NCBI RefSeq assembly: GCF_000143415.4
Contig: NW_003314264.1
Location: 1,683,710-1,747,709 of the forward strand
Direction: 5' to 3'
DNA: 64,000 nucleotides
From: Selaginella moellendorffii
Lineage: Eukaryota; Plantae; Lycopodiophyta
Shown here piece by piece: positions 35,122 to 48,501 of the stretch. Each line of letters opens with the position of its first letter. The first letter of the stretch is position 1. The position numbers and the translations under genes were made by a program. The notes beneath the pieces are model-generated. The model was not told where the DNA came from and made no database searches. It worked only from the letters and a program-made list of their open reading frames with translations.

Positions 35122-37590
35122 ATAGTGTGGAAACATCGAATGTGCCAAGGTGTGATGCCTTGAGGTCAAGTTGGCAGGTTCATGAGAACCTCTTGTCAAA
35201 AGAATCTCAATGGAAATGAGAATGGCATAGCATAAATTGGAAGGCACATAAATAGGAACATTAATCCCAATGTGTAGGACGACAAGGTGAGCATACCCAA
35301 ACTAAGGAACCACTCCCTAAGCTATTGGGTAATTTCATCCCTAAGAATACTTGTTAAGGGATGGTAGAAAGTGCAAAGCTATCTTTTTAGTCTAGAGAAG
35401 AATAATTAAAAGGAACGTGTGAGGCCAAAAGCAAGTAGTAAAGGAATAGAACTAAACTATAGGAATTGAAGGGCATAATCAAGGGTGGTATGTAAGTTGG
35501 GAGTGGAGAATTAAGTCGGTGCTCGAATGTTGTTATTAACAATTGTTATACTATAGAGAGTCTAAAATGTGGAATTATCCATATTAGACCATATGGCAAT
35601 TAAAAAGCTTGCAAAAGGAAAGGCCTTAGCAAGTTAAGGGACAAAGTTCCTTCAAAATTTCTAAAGATAATTCTAAGTAACTTAGTACCTAGAAAGCCAA
35701 GTGTAAATGATTCATAGAACACACGAAATCAGAGTGGCACAATAGAAGCATGGTCTTGAAGTTTGCTATGAGGCAAAGGTATCAAGGTTGGGGAAGTAAT
35801 TCCCGAGTGTTCAAAAGGATGGCTTTGAACGAAAGTCGATAGTCAAGGACTTTTATGCTTATATATGAAACCATATTATGTTAGTTGAATAACTTGCTAA
35901 ACAAGATTAGCAAATCAATGGGAAAAAATACCCTATTTGAAGGGGCCAAGTGTGGAAGAGTCCATGTATAATCACAGACTTGTCAAGTGAAAGGACTTGG
36001 CAATACAAAGGAACTAAGTTCCTAAGTTATGATATATAGTGCGCTTTAAATATAAGTTGGTGCACTAGCGTGGGGAGTCACATCAGGCATTCTGGGTGAT
36101 GTCGTTCATAAATGCATACATAGAATTTTGGTTTGAGTTCCAACCCTTTAGTGCTTGGGTTCGAGTCCCAACTCACTAGGGCGTGGTGATGGGTTGGAAT
36201 ATGAGGACACTTATTTTTTGGTGATCATGGATTCTCAGTAAAAAGACTGGTTTAGGCACGCACACTACTAAGTGAAGGATGCCCCAAAGTCATGTTACAC
36301 AATTAGATTGCTTAGTGTGAAAGTTCAACATATCTAACTTGAACACTTTAGTGCAAGTGGCACTAAGGACATGGTGAATGAGATGGGGACACCTAATCTC
36401 AGTTATTATGGACCCTTGGTTGAAGGGGCTGGTTTAGGCGCACTGCCAAGTGTGGGGGATGCCCCTAGGGTCATAGTTAACAAGTTAAAGGTCTGGAAGA
36501 CCTAGTACCTATTGGCAAATCTGTTTGTAAACAATTAAAGAGAACAACTTGAGAAATGATCCATAGGGTTCAAATATAGAGGGAAAGGGCCCATGAACAA
36601 GAGTGCACCCTCTTTTTTATTTGGTTAAGGGTCTTGGGATATTTAGGGTTAAGCGTCATTAGGTTTGAATAGTACTGAGCTGGGTAATCTCCCAGGAAGT
36701 CCAAACTCAGGAGCTTACATTTGGTATTAGAGTGGTTTCGAGTCCGACTTTATTGGTTGGCTAGGGGAATCACACCATATATTGATTGACATCTGGCTGG
36801 TCCAGTTTACTCCCACTGGGCTCTACCTAAGGGGTAGGGTGTCAAGAGATCTGCAGCTCTTACCTTCCGTTTACAAGGGTGTGAACTTGCAGGGAAGCGT
36901 GGTGGATTATAAGCAACCAAAGAGAACGACTTGAGAAATGATCCATGGAGTTCAAATATAAAGGGAAAGGGCCCATGAATAAGAGTGCACCCTCTTTTCC
37001 AATTGATTAAGGGTCTTGGGATATTTAGGGTTAAACGTCATAGGGTTTGAATAGTATTGGGTTGGGTGACCTCCCAGAAAGTCTAAACTCAAGAGCTTAC
37101 ACTATTAAGGTGTCAAAGTTAGATCACTAGGCGATCTTATGGCTAAACAAGGGTGAGGTTTTTGTAAAGTTAAGGAATAAGGTTCCTAATTCAAAGTGTT
37201 GATTTGAACTATTGATAACGGTGTGGCTTGGTCAAGATGACCAAATAGAAAGGACTCCTAAGGGAAATGAATTGTGACAATACAATGGTATTGTGAGTTC
37301 AAGAAAATAGTCTCCAAGGAAGGACCTATGGATGAGTCACAAGGTTGGTGGTGAAATTTACTAGGGGTGAACACTTTATAGACTTGGCAAAGTAGAGCAT
37401 TTGCTATAGAATGGAAAAGATAAGTCGAGGAATGGAGGTAGTGATCCTATATTACTTGGTGCAATAATCAAAGGATAGGAGTAAAAGACTAGTGGCCAAA
37501 AAAGGGCAATAGGAGTCCAAATGACAAAGTTAGGCAAGGAACACTAATGTGTTGGATGCTAACGGATTGTGAGAAAGGTAATATATTTAT
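35122..37590 (+). mobile_element. Degenerate family A internal region (plus orientation), interrupted by a Cassandra TRIM
   Basis: Reverse-complement homology to 51000-53400; continues the sequence left of 22133. Confidence 0.75.
36526..37101 (+). mobile_element. Complete Cassandra-type TRIM with a 5S rDNA-derived segment in each LTR
   Basis: LTRs 36526-36719 and 36908-37101, PBS TGGTATTAGAG just after LTR1, ~190-bp non-coding internal region, TSD CTGTT/CTATT. The LTR segment GGTTAAGCGTCATTAGGTTTGAATAGTACTGAGCTGGGTAATCTCCCAGGAAGTCC matches the A-box/IE/C-box region of plant 5S rRNA. Confidence 0.9.
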
Positions 37591-37598
37591 AAAGATGG

Positions 37599-40500
37599 TA
37601 TAAGTGACTAAATTTTCCATTTTATTTTAGTCACTTAACCACACCTCCAATCACTTGGAGGAGTCTCACTCACAACCTCCATAAGTCCTATTCCGGACTT
37701 GGGGACTTGCTAGCCCCAAGAATGGCATTTTTACTACTCAACCTTTACACTTTGTCCAAATGTTCCATGTGTCTGGTCCCATGACCGACACCTTAAGGTA
37801 CCACTGACATATTAGCCCGTTATGCTCAGGCCATGCCCTTTCACCTTGGTCACACCGGTGGTCTAACCCCACTTGTATCACAATGCCGTCTCTTAAAGAC
37901 TGAGCCATCTGACCATGAGTGATCATCCCAGATCCACTCCCCAACATCCTTAGGATGCCTGCAGACATGGGGAATAGCCTTCCCCAATATCCCCTTTCCA
38001 GTCCCTATCAAGTCCCTTTCTGTCCATGGCCATGTTCGCCAACATTACCTTTGGATCAAGGCTCACAAGCCTGACCACTAAGTCCCATGGTCCTTTGGGA
38101 CTTCCTCACCACATGACTGTATCCTTGGTCACCACACCAGAGGACTGCTCCTCTTTCTTACCATAGTCTGGGACTTTGGGACAACATTTCAGAACACCAT
38201 GGCCTTACGCAAGCCTCGTGGGTACTCTCCCCGCCTTCCATCTTTGGGTGCTCTAGCCATGGGCTTAGAGCGAGGTTCCGTTGAGCCATGCTAGGTATCC
38301 AAGTAGGTAGTGCCACCCATGCTTTGATTGGGAGTATCGACCATTCGATCTCCTGAGAGAACTAAAGCCGGCTCTTGAACACTTCACTAAGCTACCCTAC
38401 TTGTCAGTCCATATTCACTCTAACCTTGGACTTCCTAGTGGTCATCCCATCACCCAACAGCTAAGTATAGCCTTCTTGGGCCAAACTGACCATTCCTAGC
38501 CAAATTGGCTCCATTAACCCCCACACTCTCCCTTTTGGAACCCCCTACAGTCCCCCCCTCGGGGGACGATTGCTTTAGGCTTTCACCCAACAGCTTGTAT
38601 TAGTGTTTGGACTCGGACTCAGACTCGGACTCGGTCTCGGTCTTGGTCTCTGACTTGGACTCAGTCTTGGTCTTGGTCTCGGTCTCGGTTCCATCTGGGG
38701 TCCATCTTGGATTCCATCTCGGGTCCATCTTGGACTCCATCTTAGGTCCATTTCAAACTCCATCTCGAGTCCATCTCGGACTCCATCTTAGGTCCATCTC
38801 GGACACTTCCACATGTCATATGTTGGTCCCCTTGTGTCCCTTTTCTAGAGACTCACTTATTGCTCATTTTGTGCTTGTTCCTCGAGCACTTCGTTGGGAG
38901 TTTCACTCCCATTCTCGACTTTTCAAGTCAGAGCTTTTAGTCCAAATGTGTTATGCTCCTTTGGCTTTTGTTTTGGCCACTACCACATGGCACCCTTTCG
39001 GCTCCACTTTGGGGCTTAGGGATTTGTGTCTCACAACTCCACCATCCATAGATAAAGTTCGATGTCCTCATCGAATAATAAACTATTTTATGAAGTAATA
39101 CCAATATGTATTACCCTTTCCATCCTTGGCACCTAGCCAATATTCATCAATGGTTTGACATTAAAGGCTCACCATGCCTTGTCCATCACTTAGGAGCATG
39201 GGCTCTCCAACTTAAAAAAACTCATTCGACCATTTGTGGTGGTTCTCTTCTTTTATTGGTTTAGTTCTCGCTAAATTTGTTAGAGACACCTTCTCTATCT
39301 CAATTCCACTACTCATTCTCGAGTAGTCTCAGTTCCCATTGATATAACCTTTGCATTTTGGAACTTTTAGTTTTGACTTCTCGGAATCAATTTCCTGGGT
39401 GTCTCCAACACCTTGCATTGCACATTTTGTGCAACTCCACTTCCCCATCCTAGGAAGTTCTCTACTCGAGAGCACCATCATCCTCTTTTTTATTTTGTGT
39501 CACCTTTAACACTAAGTTCTAGTTATCATAAGTGGTGCTAGGGTTGTCCACGGCTCTATCATTTGGCTACCTTACTGTTCCCTACTTTGGAGCTCTTACT
39601 TCGCCAAATTGGAGCACTTGGGAATCCATCATTGGACGCACACTTCCTTTCCCACAATCTGTTAGCATCTAACACATTAGTATTCCTTGGCTAACTTTGC
39701 CATTTGGATTCTTTCCAATGAATCCCATGGCCCAGACCTGGCCACTAGTCTTTTGCTCCTATCTGTTAATTGTTGCACCAAGCAATATAGGATCACTACC
39801 TCCATTCTCGAGGTATCATTTTGGTTCCATGGCAAAGGCTTTACTGGCTAAGTCCAGAGGGTCCTCACCCCTAGTACATCCTTTTAGCATTTTCTACTAC
39901 GGGTTCCGTCCATGGCCCAACTTTGTAACCCTACTATGGGTCTTTCCTAGAGACTATTTTCTTGGACTCATTATACCATTGTTTCAGCACAATTAATTTC
40001 CCTTTAGGTGTCCTTCTCACTTGGTCATCTTGACCAAGCCACACTATTATCAATAGTTCAAATCAACACTTTGAATTAAAAATTATGTTCTTTAACGCAA
40101 ACAAAAACCTTGTCTTTGTTTAGCCACAAGATCACCTAGTGATCTCATCTTGACCCTTAATAGGTCTACTAATAAAAACTAAGTCTTCCAGACCTTTTAA
40201 ATTGTTGACTATGACCCTGGGGGCATCCCCCACACTTGGCAGTGCGCCCAAGTCAGCTCTTCCAGCCAAGGATCCATATCAACTGCGACTGGGTGTCCCC
40301 ATCTTATTCACCACAACCTTGGTACTACTTTGCACCAAAGTGTTCAAGTTAGATATGCCGAGCTTTCATACTAGGCAATTTAACCGTGCATCACGACTTT
40401 GAAGCAACCCTGCTTGGTGGTGTGCCCAAACCAGTCTCCTCACTGAGAGTCCATGACTATCGAAAAATGAGTGTCTTTATATTCCAAACCATCACCACGC

Positions 40501-42600
40501 CCTAGTGATTTGGGACTCAAACCCAAGCACTAGAGGGTCGGGACTTGAACCCAACCTTTGTATATGCATTTATGGACGGCATCACATAGGATGTCTAGCG
40601 TGACTCCCCATGCCGGTGCACCAACTTATATTTAAAGCGTGCTACAAATCACAACTTAAGAACCTAGTTCCTTTGCACCGCCAAGTCCTCTCACTTGACA
40701 AGTTTGTGATCATGCATAGACTCCTCCATGCTTGGCCCTATGAGCCACCCCTTTTGAAGTTAGCACCTTCTATTAGGGGATTTATTCCCTTGACTTGCCA
40801 ATCTCGCTTAGCAAGTCATTCGACCAATATAACATGGTTTCATGCATAAGCATGAAAGTCCTTGACCATCAACTTTTGTTCAAAGCCATCCCTTTGAACA
40901 CTCGGGAACTACTTCCAGAACTTTGATAGCATTGCCTTATAGTAAGCTTCAAGACCATGCTTTTGCTGTGCCACTTTAATTTCATGCATTTTATGAATCA
41001 TTTACACTTGGCTTTCTAGGTATTAAACTACCTAGAATTGTTTTTGGGAACTTTAAAGGAACTTTGTCCCTTAGCTTGCTAAGGCTTTCCCTTTCGCAAG
41101 CATTTTAATTGCCATATAGTCTAACATGGATAAATCCATGCTTTAGACTCTCCATGGCACCATGGTTGTTAGTAACAACATGCTCGAGCACCCACTTGAT
41201 TCTCCACTCCCAACTGACATAACCATCCTTGGTTATGCTCTTCGATTCATATGGTTTAGTTCTATCCCTTTATTATTTGCTTTTGGCCTCATACATTTCC
41301 TTCGGTTATTCGCTTCCAGACTAAGAGGATAGCTTTGCACTTTTTACCATTCTTTAGCAAGTATTTTTAGAGATGAACCTACCTAATAGCCTAGAGAGTG
41401 GTTTCTCAATCCGGGTATGCTCACTTTATAATCCCACACACTGGGATTAACGTTGCTACTTATGGGCTTTTATATGCCCATCACTAACCTTGCCAAAATT
41501 CTATTTTTGGCTTTGTCTTATTTAGATAGATGATCTTCTCCCGTTTTTGCAACCTTGGACATTTGGATAGCACCTTCTATTCATCATTCGCTAGGGACTT
41601 AGTCCCTTGGGCCATATCTATTGCCCTTGCGACACTAAACACCACCTTTTAGTGTTCTAGAATGTTTGGGTGTCCCAATGATGGCTTCTTTGACAATAAG
41701 CATTCCCTTTTACGACATTAACTTATTATATCACAACATAAGGAATTTATCCCCCATAAGGGTATATTTAATTTCCATTAAGAAGTCTTGGGTAGCTACT
41801 TTCTACTAGTTTAACCAATTATTTTGCACTTTTTGCTTAGTTGCCTCATAATTGTCAAGTCCTACAACTCATTGCTAGTGCCTCCACACCTCCATCACTA
41901 TCAAGGTCACCATACTCCAACCGCATGCCTTATAGCTTAATGCTTTATTTCGTTAAAGTGGGACTTTTCATTATCCCACTTATGGTGTGTGGCCACATGC
42001 CATTTTTATAACAACAATAAAAAATTGAAGTTTTAACTTTATAATTTATAAATTAAAAACTTTTCATATGATTTTGTGTTATAATATTGTGAAATATAAA
42101 AAAATAAATTAAAAAACTGATAGAAATATTAATAAATATTAATTAAGTACTAGGAAATGGCATGTGGACACATGCTAATTAATGTCCCACTTTACTGAAT
42201 AAGTCCCACTTTAACGAAATAAAGCATCTTAGGTTATACCATTCCTATTTTCATTATGATTCTTTTGGGAAGGGGTTCTTGTGAACCTACTAACTTAACC
42301 TCAAGGTATCACACCTTGGCACATTCGGCCATTAATGAGATACCCACTGTTCTCATACTTGGATCTTATGATCCTCTTCATCCTTTATGGGGCACAACAC
42401 ACATTAGTCCAAATGCTTTTACCAATCCCTTAGGACCATTCCTTGACTCTACTTGAGTCATCTAACAGTTTTGGACTTTACTAATTCAATGACCCATAAG
42501 GTCCTATTTTTGAGGTGCTAGCTCACTAGAATACAACTTCGTGTATTCATGTCCTACTCATAAGGACCATCTTTGTAAGTGTTACTCCAACACTTGAGGG
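37599..42600 (-). mobile_element. Family A copy: 3' LTR (37599-39035) plus degenerate internal region
   Basis: The LTR is homologous to 48502-50339 and is followed by PPT-side and internal sequence homologous to 50340-53850. Confidence 0.85.
41940..42227. mobile_element. MITE (288 bp) with perfect 27-bp terminal inverted repeats
   Basis: ATGCTTTATTTCGTTAAAGTGGGACTT...AAGTCCCACTTTAACGAAATAAAGCAT with an AT-rich core, flanked by duplicated CTTA. It is absent from the homologous family A site near 53287. Confidence 0.85.
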
Positions 42601-43548
42601 TCCAACAGAATCTCTAACAGAATAAAGGGAGAGAACCACCACAAGTGGTGTAATAAGCCTTTAAGTTAGGGAGATTATACTTCTTAAAGGATGGGTAAGG
42701 CATAGTAAGCTTTTGGTGTTGAACCATTGATAAATATTGGTTGGGTGCCAAGGATGAAAAATGGTAATCCAAGATAGGATTACTTTATCAAATGGTTTAT
42801 CATTCCATAAGGACATTGAACTTTTTCTATGGGTGGTGGAGTTGTGAGACACAAAATCCCTAGGCCCCAAAGTGGAGTCCATGAAGGAGTTCAAGATGGA
42901 TTCGAGATGGAGTTCGAGAAAAAGTCCAAGATAGACCCGAGATGGAGTTTGAGAAGGAGTCTAGGATGGAGTCTGAAATGGAGTCCAAGATGAACCTGAT
43001 ATGGAGTCTGAGATGGACCCAAGATGGAGTCCGAGATGGAGTTCGAGACAGAGTCTAAGATGAGTCTGAGACCGAGACTGAGACTGAGACAAAGTCTAAG
43101 TCTGAGTTCGAGTCCAAATACTAATACAGACTGTTGGGTGAAAACCCAAAGCAATCGTCCCCTCGAGGGGGTGGGGCTACAGGGGGTTCCAAAAGTATAA
43201 CAGGGAGAGTGTAGGGGTTGGCCCCAGTGGAGCCAGTTTAGCCAGGAAAGGCTAGTGTGACATAGAAAGGCTATGCCCACGTGTTGGGTGATGATATATC
43301 CACTGAGGAGTCTAAGACTAAAGTGAATACAGACTGACAAATGGGGTAGTTTGGTGAAGTGTTCAAGAGCTAGCTCTAATCCCCTTGGGAGATCGAATGG
43401 TTGATGCTCCCAATCCAAGCGTGGGTGGCATTACCTAGTAAGTCCCAAGTCCGGAATAGAACTCATGGAGGTTGTGAGTGAGACTCCTTTAAGTGGTCGA
43501 AGATGTAGTTAAGTGACTAAAGTAAAATGGAAAATTTAGTTGTTTACA
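42600..43548 (+). mobile_element. Nested plus-strand family A fragment ending in an internally deleted LTR (42843-43548)
   Basis: PPT-like gggtggtggagt, then TGTGAGACAC...GTTTACA with the satellite block. Confidence 0.75.
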
Positions 43549-46500
43549 TCTAAATACTAATCTACCTAGAATTGTTTTTGGGAATCTTGAAAGGACTCTA
43601 TCCTTAAGCTTGCTAAGGCCTCTCCTTTTGCAAGCTTTATAATTGCCATATGGTCTAATATAGACAATTCCATACTTTAAACTTTCCATAGTATCACGGT
43701 TGCTAATAGCAATATGTTCGAGCACCTACTTGATTCTCCACTCCCAACTTGCATAACCACCATTGGTTATGCCTTGCAATTCCTATGGTTCATTTCTATC
43801 TCTTTACTACATGCTTTTCGGCATTATGCCTTCCCTTTAGTTATTCTTCTTTGGTTTAGGAGGGTAATTTTGCACTTTCTACCATGCCTTAACATGTATT
43901 CTTAAGGATGAACTTACTCAATAACTTAGGGAGTGGTTCTTCAATTTAGATATGCTCATCATGTAATCCCACACACCAGGATTAACATTGTTACACATAG
44001 GCCTCTTTATGCCCATTGCTAGCCATGCCAAAATCCCTTTTTGGTCTGTCCAATTCGGATAAATAGACTTCTCGTCTTCGCAACCTTAAACATTAGATAG
44101 CATCTCCTATCCATTATTCCCTTGGGCCTTACGTAATGCTAATTTGAAACACCACTCTCTAGTGTTTTAAAGTGTTTTGGTGTTTTAATGATGACTTTAT
44201 TTGATAATGAGCATTTCCCTTTATGACATTGATTTAAGATATCTCAATATAAAAAATTTATCCCCCGGAAGGGTATACCTAACCTCTTTATACCAATAAA
44301 AAGTTTTGGGTAGTTAACTTCTACCAATCCAATAATTTATTTTGCACCTTTTATTTAGTTACCTCATAATTGTCAAGTGCTATAAGTCATTGTTAGTGCT
44401 TCCACACCTCTATCATTATTTAGGTCACTACACTCTAACCTCATGCCTTTCAACTTAGGCTATGCCATTCCCATTTTCATTAAGATTCTTTTGGCAAAGG
44501 GTTCTTATGAACCTACCAACTTGACCTCAATGCATTATACCTTGGCACATTTGGTGTCTCCACACCATCGGTTCCACGAGTTTACCTTTATAACACTTCC
44601 CATTTATGTTTAGGTCTTTGCTAAGACCAACATAATCGTTTCTCATGCCAACTATCAATTTGCACTACACTATAGTGTTTGCCTACAACTTTGAGCCAAA
44701 GTTGCTTTCTTCTGGGAACACCTTTCCTACAACTTTAATATGGCACCTTCTACCATTAATAAGACACATATTGTTCTCATACTTTGATCTTATAATCTTC
44801 CCTATCCCTCGTAGGGTACAACACACCTTTGTCTAAATGCTTCCGCCAATCTTCTAGGACCATTCCTTGGCTCTACTCGAGTCATCTAGCTTTTTTGGAA
44901 ATTCGACGACTTGTAAAGTTCTAGCCTTTTAGATATTTTTTATATGTCAGTTCACTAGAATATATCTTCTTGTATTCATGTCCTACTTCCAAGGACCATC
45001 TTTGCAAGTGTTATTCCAACACATGGTTATTTTCTGTTCCTTGTGGGCTACCTTTGCCCCTTAGGACTATCCATCCATATAATAAAAATATTGACTCATC
45101 CTCTAAGTACATCCCCAACTCCTTGGGTTTGTTCTAGTATTTATAAAAGCTAACCCCAGCTACCATTTCAAAAACTCGTGTCCTCATCCGTATTTGATCT
45201 CCCACAATCACTAATTTTGGTCTCAAATTCATGAGCACTAACCTCAACTATATAAGGATAATCTTGTGACTCTTTTATTGTTTTGGAGTCTCTATCTTTC
45301 CTGTAATCCCAATTATAATTGTTTACCACAATTATATTAGTTAGTTCGCTAAGTCAAACACTCATCTGAATCACATCCTCAACTTTTTGAGGAAAACCTT
45401 ATATTGTTTCTAAGATCCTGAAGTCGTTCCCAAATTGGCCCTTTGTTATCCACCACTTTGCCAGCATATTCACTTATAAACTAAGATGGAGAGTCATGCC
45501 CTTTTGACATGCTATTCCTCGAGGATAGGCCTACTTTTGGGACTTTCAATGCCAAGACAAGTGGTGATATATTTGACCACCAATAAAAGTCAAACTAAGG
45601 AATAGCTTCAATATTAAATTGTAAGTGACTAAATTTTCTATTTTAGTTTAGTCACTTAACCACACCTCCAACCACTTGGAAGAGTCTTACTCATAACCTC
45701 CATAAGTTTTATTCCAGACTTGGGGACTTGCTACCCTTGAGAATAGCATCCATACCACTCAACCATTACATTTGGTTCAAGTGCTCCACGTGTCCAAGCC
45801 CATGACCGACACCCAAAAGTACCATTGACATATCAGCCCGTTACACTAAAGTCATGCCCATTCACCTTTGTCATATTGGTGATCTAATACCACCTGCATC
45901 ACAATCTTGTCTCTCAAAGACTGAGCCATCCGTCCATAAGTGATCATCGTTAGCATCCTCAAGATGCTTGTAGACATGGGGAACAGCCTTCCCCAATATC
46001 CCTTTTTTGGTCCCCACCAAGTCCTTTTCTGTCAATTGCCATGTTCGCACTGGGTCAAGACCCATAGGCCTGACTATTATGCCCCACTCACCTTTGGGAA
46101 TTCTTGGAAGCCATAAATTTTTCCTTTCCAATTTGCTAGCTTACCTAGTTTATCCAACCCGGTCTTAGCCTTAATTAAGTTCCTTCACCAAGGTTCCCAC
46201 CTATTGTACCAACTTCTACTTGGTTTTACTTGGTTTCAACTACTCACTGCATGAGCAATAGAGCATTAGCCATCCATCCACAGATTCCCAAATCTCTTGT
46301 AATCCCCCTCCCTGGGTTAGACTGGACTTAAGGTTCAACTACACTCCTTGTAGGCGCAAGTAGCCAAGCGCACCAAGCTACCAAATTTTTAACATCCCTT
46401 GGTAAAACAAGACTTGATCATGGAACCCTTTAAATCCTAAGCCTTGGGTGTAACACTCGCTTTAAGGCACCGAGGGGAAACACCATAGCATAACAGCTTG

Positions 46501-48501
46501 GTATAGGTACCTTTACTCCCCCACTTCCATCCCAAAGAGAAGGAGCCTATAAGCTCCTGAGTTTGGACTTCCTAAGAGGTCACCCAGCCCAGTACTATTC
46601 AAACCCAAGGACGCTTAACCCCAAATATCCCAAGACCCTTAACCGATTGGAAAAGGGGGTGCACTCTTGTTCATGGCCCTTTCCCTCTATATTTGAATCC
46701 CATGGATCGTCTCTCAAGTCGCTCCCTTTGGTTGCTTACAGAGCCCTTAGGAAAGGGCAAGGACTAGTGAGCCGCAAGGTACTCAAGTGGGGTACCATTC
46801 CATATGAGCCAGGAGCACCGCAATTGGTTTCTCTTTTAGGAGTGGGAGTTGCTCTTGAGCACTTCCTTGGGTGGCCCCTCCGGCACCACCCGAGTCCATG
46901 CTCACTCTCATCCAAGGCCCCTAAGACTAAGTACCTCAAGTTAATTTGGAAGCACCACTAGAGAGTTCCTTCGAGACTGGTTCCTCAACCTCACTCAACC
47001 TCACTATCCCTACTATACTTTTGGAACCCCCTGCAACCCCCCCCCCCCCCCCGGAGACACACGCTTTGGGCTTTCACCCCACGACCTGTATTAGTATTCG
47101 GACTCGGTCTCAAACTCGATCTCGGACTTGACCTCGGACTCTGTCTCGAACTCAATCCTGAACTCAATTTCGGACCCAATCTCATATCTCAGACTTGGTC
47201 TCGGACTCAATCTCGAACTCGGTCTCAGAATCAGTCTCAGACTCGATTTTGAACTCAGTTTTAGAGTCGCTCTCAGACTCAATCTTGGACTCAGTCTCAT
47301 CTATTGAACTCTTTATCATTTTGGTCGTGCATTCGGGGATCCTTTAGCCTTCAACACCTCAGGGAGTTGTTCCTTACGCTTCCTTACCACATGACCGCAT
47401 CCTTGATCACCACACAAAAGGATTGGTCCTCTTTCTTTCCTTAATCAAGGATTTCAGGGCAACATTTTGAAACATTGTAGCCCTGCAAAGCCTCATGGGT
47501 ACTCTCCCCACCATCTACCTTTGGGTGCCCTAGCCAAGTGGCTAGAGCGACGTTTTGATGAGCCACACTAGGTATCCAAGTAGGTAGTGCCACCCACACT
47601 TGGACTGGGAGCATCAACCATTTGATCTTCTGGGGGAGCTAGAGTCAGCTCTTGAACACTTCACCAAGCTACCTCACTTGTCTGTCCGTATTCACTTTAG
47701 TGTTAGACTTCCCAATGGTTATATCATCACCCAACACATGGGTATAACCTTCCTGGGCCACATTGGCCTTTCCTGGCCAAATTAGTTCCACTAGAGTCCA
47801 ACCCCTATACTCTCCCTACAACCCCCTGCCCCCTCCCCCCTCCCCCTGAGGATGATCACTTTGGGATTTCACCCAACAGCTTGTATTAGTATTCAGACTT
47901 GGACTCAGACTTGGTCTTGGTCTCAGACTCAAACTCAGTCTCAGTTCCATCTCAAACTCCATTTCGAACTCCATCTCGAGTCCATCTCAGACTTCATCTC
48001 AGACTCTATCTCATGTCCATCTTGGACTCCATCTCAAGTCCATCTTAGACTCCATCTCATATCCATCTCAGGCTCCATCTTGGACTCTGTCTTGGGTCCA
48101 TCTCGGATTCCATCTTGTACTCCATTTCAAACTCCATCTTGGGTCCATCTCAGACTCCATCTCGACACTTCCATATGTCATGTGTTGGTCCTCTTGTGTC
48201 TTTATCTAGAGACTCATTTATTGCATGCTTCATGCCCATTCCTTGAGCACTTCATTGAGAGTTCCACTCCCGCTCTTGACTTTTCAAGTCAAAGCTTTTA
48301 GTCCAAACGTGTTACTCTCATTTGGCTTCCGCTTCAACCACTACCATACAAGTTCATGCATGAACTAGAGTGGAAAACCACATCCTCTTGACATGCTACT
48401 CCTTGAGGATAGGTCCAATCCTTGGACCTTCTGATGCCAATACAAATGGTGATTGTGATACATAAATCGCGAAGCCCCAAAAGTGGAGCCGAAAGGGTGC
48501 T
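43549..48501 (-). mobile_element. Further family A internal and LTR fragments (LTR start ~45620; LTR pieces 46990-48345)
   Basis: Homology to 52350-54950 and to the LTR satellite region. Confidence 0.75.
46548..46740 (-). mobile_element. Cassandra solo LTR with 5S-derived segment
   Basis: 193 bp with perfect TSD GAGCC (46543-46547, 46741-46745). The minus strand reads GGTTAAGCGTCCTTGGGTTTGAATAGTACTGGGCTGGGTGACCTCTTAGGAAGTCC, which is 5S-like. Confidence 0.9.

Noticed and set aside
36647-36703. 5S rRNA gene
   Set aside because: Only the ~55-nt internal control region is present, embedded in TRIM LTRs, so it is not a full 5S gene.
48491-48501. Similar target context AAAGGG(GG)TGC for family A (48491) and family B (22221) insertions
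   Set aside because: Only two events with different TSD offsets, which is insufficient to claim target specificity.
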